A stretch of DNA of 64,000 nucleotides, from the NCBI GenBank assembly GCA_013204405.1, contig JABMNX010000040.1, forward strand, positions 1,046 through 65,045. The letters are read 5' to 3'. This document shows positions 61,065 to 64,000 of this stretch, piece after piece. The number at the start of each line of letters is the position of its first letter. Positions within the stretch are counted from its first letter, which is position 1. Source of the stretch: Candidatus Kaiserbacteria bacterium. GTDB lineage: Bacteria; Patescibacteriota; Minisyncoccia; Phycocordibacterales; JABMNX01. The notes under the pieces were generated by a model. It was given only the letters and a program-made list of their open reading frames with translations. It did no database searches and had not been told where the DNA came from. The position numbers were made by a program, and so were the translations under genes.

Positions 61065-62312
61065 ATGAAAATAAAAAGACAATTCATAACAGCTGGAGAA
61101 GCGGCTATAAAATTGAATATCTCTATTGATACTGTTCGTCGTTGGGATAAGAGAAATTTAATAAAATCTTTTAGAGATAAGAGAAACTTGAGAATGTTTA
61201 GTCTGGAGGAGATAAAAAGAATACAAGAAAAGGCTAATGGAAAGAAAAAGGATAAATTTATTATCTTAAAGAACAAAAAAAAATACAATTACACTGCTAT
61301 CGAGCTGTTTGCTGGTGCTGGTGGGACTGCTTTAGGAATGGAGTATGCTGGCATTAAGCATGTTTTATTAAATGAACACGATAAGCATGCTTGCGAAACA
61401 CTGAGAACTAATAAGCCAGAATGGAACATCATAGAGGGGGACGTTAAAGAAATAAAATTTAAAGAAGGACAAGCTGACATAGTGCAAGGTGGATTTCCAT
61501 GTCAGTCTTTCTCATATGCAGGTAAAAAAATGGGGCTAGATGACATTCGAGGAACTTTGTTTTTTGAGTTTGCTAGATGTGTGAAAGAAGTTAAACCTAA
61601 AATAGCAATAGGAGAGAACGTTAAGGGTTTATTGAATCATGATGGAGGTAGAACTATCAAGACTATGGTTTCTATATTAGAGAAACTTGGATATAAGGTC
61701 AAATATAAAATTTTAAAGTCTCAATATCTTGATGTTCCACAAAAAAGAGAGCGGTTAATAATTATTGGGGTTAGAAATGATTTAAACATACCTATAGTGT
61801 TTCCAGAGGAAAAAGATTACATTGTTTCCTTGCGAGATGCATTACATAAATGTCCTCAGTCAGATGGACAGCAATATCCAGAAAAAAAGAGGAGGATCAT
61901 GGAATTAATCTCGCCTGGAGGATATTGGAAAGATTTACCAGAAAAACTCCAAAAGGAATACATGGGTGCTAGTTTTTATATGGGAGGTGGTAAAACAGGA
62001 ATGGCGCGCCGTTTAGACTGGGACGAACCATCTCTTACTTTAACTTGTAGTCCAGCTCAAAAACAGACTGAGCGATGCCACCCTGAAGAAACACGACCAT
62101 TGTCTGTTAGAGAATACGCTAGAATTCAAACATTCCCTGATAGTTGGAAATTTGCTGGATCCGTGACTCAACAATATAAGCAAATTGGAAATGCAGTACC
62201 AGTAAACCTTGGTTATCATATAGGCAATACTGTTATCAAAATGTTGGAAGGTAAAACTGAGGAACATATCGATGATCTGGTCTATACAGAACAAAAAATG
62301 TTCCAGTTCTGA
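61065..62312 (+). CDS. dcm: DNA (cytosine-5)-methyltransferase with an N-terminal HTH regulatory domain
   Basis: Motif I ELFAGAGG, motif IV GFPCQSFS, motif VI ENVKGL, motif VIII QKRERLIIIG. The N-terminal ~60 aa (ITAGEAAIKLNISIDTVRRWDKRNL) is MerR/Xis-like HTH. The listed ORF starts at 61008. Confidence 0.9.
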   Translation: MKIKRQFITAGEAAIKLNISIDTVRRWDKRNLIKSFRDKRNLRMFSLEEIKRIQEKANGKKKDKFIILKNKKKYNYTAIELFAGAGGTALGMEYAGIKHVLLNEHDKHACETLRTNKPEWNIIEGDVKEIKFKEGQADIVQGGFPCQSFSYAGKKMGLDDIRGTLFFEFARCVKEVKPKIAIGENVKGLLNHDGGRTIKTMVSILEKLGYKVKYKILKSQYLDVPQKRERLIIIGVRNDLNIPIVFPEEKDYIVSLRDALHKCPQSDGQQYPEKKRRIMELISPGGYWKDLPEKLQKEYMGASFYMGGGKTGMARRLDWDEPSLTLTCSPAQKQTERCHPEETRPLSVREYARIQTFPDSWKFAGSVTQQYKQIGNAVPVNLGYHIGNTVIKMLEGKTEEHIDDLVYTEQKMFQF

Positions 62313-62343
62313 TGAAATATTTAATGCCTATACAAATAAAAAC

Positions 62344-62565
62344 ATGCAACCATATAACGATGTAGATAATGATTCTAATATTGAGGCATTTGAAACTGGT
62401 GATGATTACATATCAGTAAAGTTTTTCCATGGGTCTACATACACTTATACTTATTCAAGTGCAGGATCTAACAATGTTGAAGAAATGAAAAGATTAGCGC
62501 ATGCCCATGATGGGCTTAATTCATATATTAATAGACACAAGCCTGATTATGCTAGTAAACGATAA
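62344..62565 (+). CDS. KTSC domain protein
   Basis: ISVKFFHGSTYTYTYSS...GSNNVEEMKRLAHAHDGLNSYINRH fits the KTSC pattern (I.V.F..G..Y.Y..V). Internal ATG of ORF 62272..62565. Confidence 0.5.
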   Translation: MQPYNDVDNDSNIEAFETGDDYISVKFFHGSTYTYTYSSAGSNNVEEMKRLAHAHDGLNSYINRHKPDYASKR

Positions 62566-62582
62566 TAGAGAATGCGAATAGT

Positions 62583-63008
62583 GTGAAAGTTCTAATTTAT
62601 ATAGGAATAGCTATTATATCGATATTTACTCTGTTGTTTGTTATTGGTTTCATAATGTCTTTTATAAATTCAAGGAAAAGATTTAAACCACATGCCCACT
62701 TTCTTTATGATCAGTTCTCTGGTGTCGAAAAAGAATCTATCATGGAAATATGGAATGCGTTTAAATCTAAGAAACCAGATTTGGCAAACAATACAGCTCT
62801 AAACATTAACAGTGCTGATGAGGTACACATAAGAGAAGTTTTAAATCTTTTAAACAGACCTAGCGATTTATCTGGAGGCAAAACAAATGACACGGTAATT
62901 TGGAAAATCTACGTTTCAGAAGCAGAAAAGATTGGACTAAACCGAAGCGCCGCAGAGATAGTAGCTGGGATTGGATTCCATGGAATTGATGAAATAAAAT
63001 ATTTATAA
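62583..63008 (+). CDS. membrane-anchored protein with ComEA-like helix-hairpin-helix motifs
   Basis: N-terminal TM. LNINSADEVHIREVL and LNRSAAEIVAGIGFHGIDEI are HhH-like. Confidence 0.4.
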   Translation: MKVLIYIGIAIISIFTLLFVIGFIMSFINSRKRFKPHAHFLYDQFSGVEKESIMEIWNAFKSKKPDLANNTALNINSADEVHIREVLNLLNRPSDLSGGKTNDTVIWKIYVSEAEKIGLNRSAAEIVAGIGFHGIDEIKYL

Positions 63009-63017
63009 TTAATAAAA

Positions 63018-63416
63018 ATGTTTCGAATAATAAGAAGAGTTAGGAGAAGGAAGCCGACTAAGCACTACAGTGCACATAAGGAAACGGCTCGGGCATTTGT
63101 ACATGCTCACGTGGCTCTGTACGCGAAAGAGCATGGGTTTAAGTACAACAGGATTGCGATTCGTAATTCCAGGCGGTCTTGGGGAAGCTGTTCTGAACTA
63201 GGCAACCTAAACTTTCACTATAGAATTATATTTCTCCCACAAGAACTAGCGGAGTATCTAATCGTACACGAACTATGTCATCTGAGAGAGTTAAATCACT
63301 CTCCTCAATTTTGGGCACATGTAGAAGAAATTATTCCAAATTACAAAGAACACAAGAAAAACCTCATGACGCATAGCGGTTTAGCTACTAAAACGCCTAG
63401 TGTTTTAGTGGTTTAA
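63018..63416 (+). CDS. DUF45/YgjP-like zinc metallohydrolase (WLM/M48-like fold)
   Basis: LIVHELCHLRELNHSPQFWAHVEEIIPNYKEHKKNL carries the HExxH plus NHS...FW signature. Confidence 0.7.
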   Translation: MFRIIRRVRRRKPTKHYSAHKETARAFVHAHVALYAKEHGFKYNRIAIRNSRRSWGSCSELGNLNFHYRIIFLPQELAEYLIVHELCHLRELNHSPQFWAHVEEIIPNYKEHKKNLMTHSGLATKTPSVLVV

Positions 63417-63436
63417 TGATGTGCTAAAATGTCTAG

Positions 63437-64000
63437 ATGACATTAACTAAGACGGAGTTTAAGGAGTGGCTATTGTGTGGCAAATGCTTGTGGCTAAAGA
63501 AGAAAAGGCCAGAAGAGTATGTTGCTGGGGAGTTTTCTCTTTTTCTTAAAAAACTTATAAAAGACGGTTACGAAGTTGAGGCACAAGTTCAAAAACTATA
63601 TCCAAACGGTATTTTCGTATCTGGAGATAAAGAAACTCTTTTGTCGAAGACAAAAGAGTTGCTGGGGGGAGACAAGCCAATCTTTCAGGCAACATTTGAA
63701 ACAGTGCAGGGGCTTTTCGCTAAAGTCGATATGCTTAATTTTAATAAAGAAACGAGCAAGTGGGATTTGTATGAAATAAAGGCATCTTCTGAGATAAAGA
63801 CAGATTTAAAACATAATCACATTAAGGACGTCGTCTTTCAAACTATTGTTGTGGAAGATGCAGGAGTTGAAGTTGGTGATAGCTATATCATATATATAAA
63901 TAAAAAATACAGGCGTGACGGAGAAGTCGACCTTAAAGAACTTTTTGTTATTGAAAATGTTACTGAAATAGTTTCCGAGCAGAAAAGTGGAGTTCGTGAC
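63437..64000 (+). CDS. DUF2779-like PD-(D/E)xK nuclease family protein (3' truncated by window edge)
   Basis: Open frame from the ATG at 63437 to the window end. Not in the ORF track because it has no stop. N-terminus LTKTEFKEWLLCGKCLWLKKKRPEE matches the DUF2779 start pattern. Putative D...EIK motif (DLYEIKASS). Confidence 0.5.
   Translation, partial: MTLTKTEFKEWLLCGKCLWLKKKRPEEYVAGEFSLFLKKLIKDGYEVEAQVQKLYPNGIFVSGDKETLLSKTKELLGGDKPIFQATFETVQGLFAKVDMLNFNKETSKWDLYEIKASSEIKTDLKHNHIKDVVFQTIVVEDAGVEVGDSYIIYINKKYRRDGEVDLKELFVIENVTEIVSEQKSGVRD

Noticed and set aside
23648-62294. Numerous 60-330 aa minus-strand ORFs overlapping conserved + strand genes (e.g. 41893..42882, 34372..35091, 46229..46633).
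   Set aside because: All are antisense to strongly supported genes (alaS, ribosomal proteins, dnaK etc.) and have low-complexity S/L-rich translations typical of antisense frames.

Overview
Low-GC, gene-dense segment with almost all genes on the + strand, probably from a reduced-genome bacterium (CPR/Patescibacteria-like). This assignment is an inference from a short ATP synthase epsilon, an AlaRS without the C-Ala domain, a protein carrying only sigma-70 region 4, a DUF5667-like secreted protein and many small membrane proteins. TGA, TAA and TAG all serve as stops, so the standard code applies.

Content in order:
- Housekeeping start (1-6.3 kb): end of atpD, atpC, an RNHCP protein, a cluster of small membrane proteins and an NAD(P)H quinone reductase.
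- Non-coding structured segment (6.3-7.3 kb): about 0.8 kb full of inverted repeats, with no identifiable gene.
- Accessory island (about 7.3-20.8 kb): four unknown genes, then a complete type I R-M system (hsdM, hsdS, hsdR). A DUF4268 nuclease-like gene and an Xis-family HTH sit upstream of hsdM. A DUF4145/HEPN gene sits between hsdM and hsdS. A 303-aa unknown gene sits between hsdS and hsdR, the position held by the anticodon nuclease PrrC in the EcoprrI locus. The island ends with a large serine recombinase whose last 14 codons overlap the start of ychF.
- Housekeeping block (20.7-60.2 kb): ychF, a leuS that appears to carry an inserted Ham1/ITPase-like domain, mltG, mnmA, an ATP-cone/REase-like fusion, mgtC and a bactofilin-like protein. 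A nucleotide/DNA-damage cluster follows (LOG/SLOG, Cas4-like nuclease, NADAR, MGMT-like, ung, HD hydrolase). Then come an M13 peptidase, alaS, infA-rpmJ-rpsM-rpsK-rpsD-rpoA-rplQ-rplM-rpsI, grpE-dnaK-dnaJ, trpS, aspS, pepA, scpAB and a DD-carboxypeptidase.
- Second accessory patch (60.3-64 kb): a type II R-M pair (candidate REase plus an m5C methyltransferase with an N-terminal HTH, with two perfect palindromes between them), followed by KTSC, ComEA-like, DUF45 and DUF2779 proteins.

No rRNA, tRNA or CRISPR array could be supported. All domain assignments come from reading motifs by eye and recall; none has been confirmed by search.
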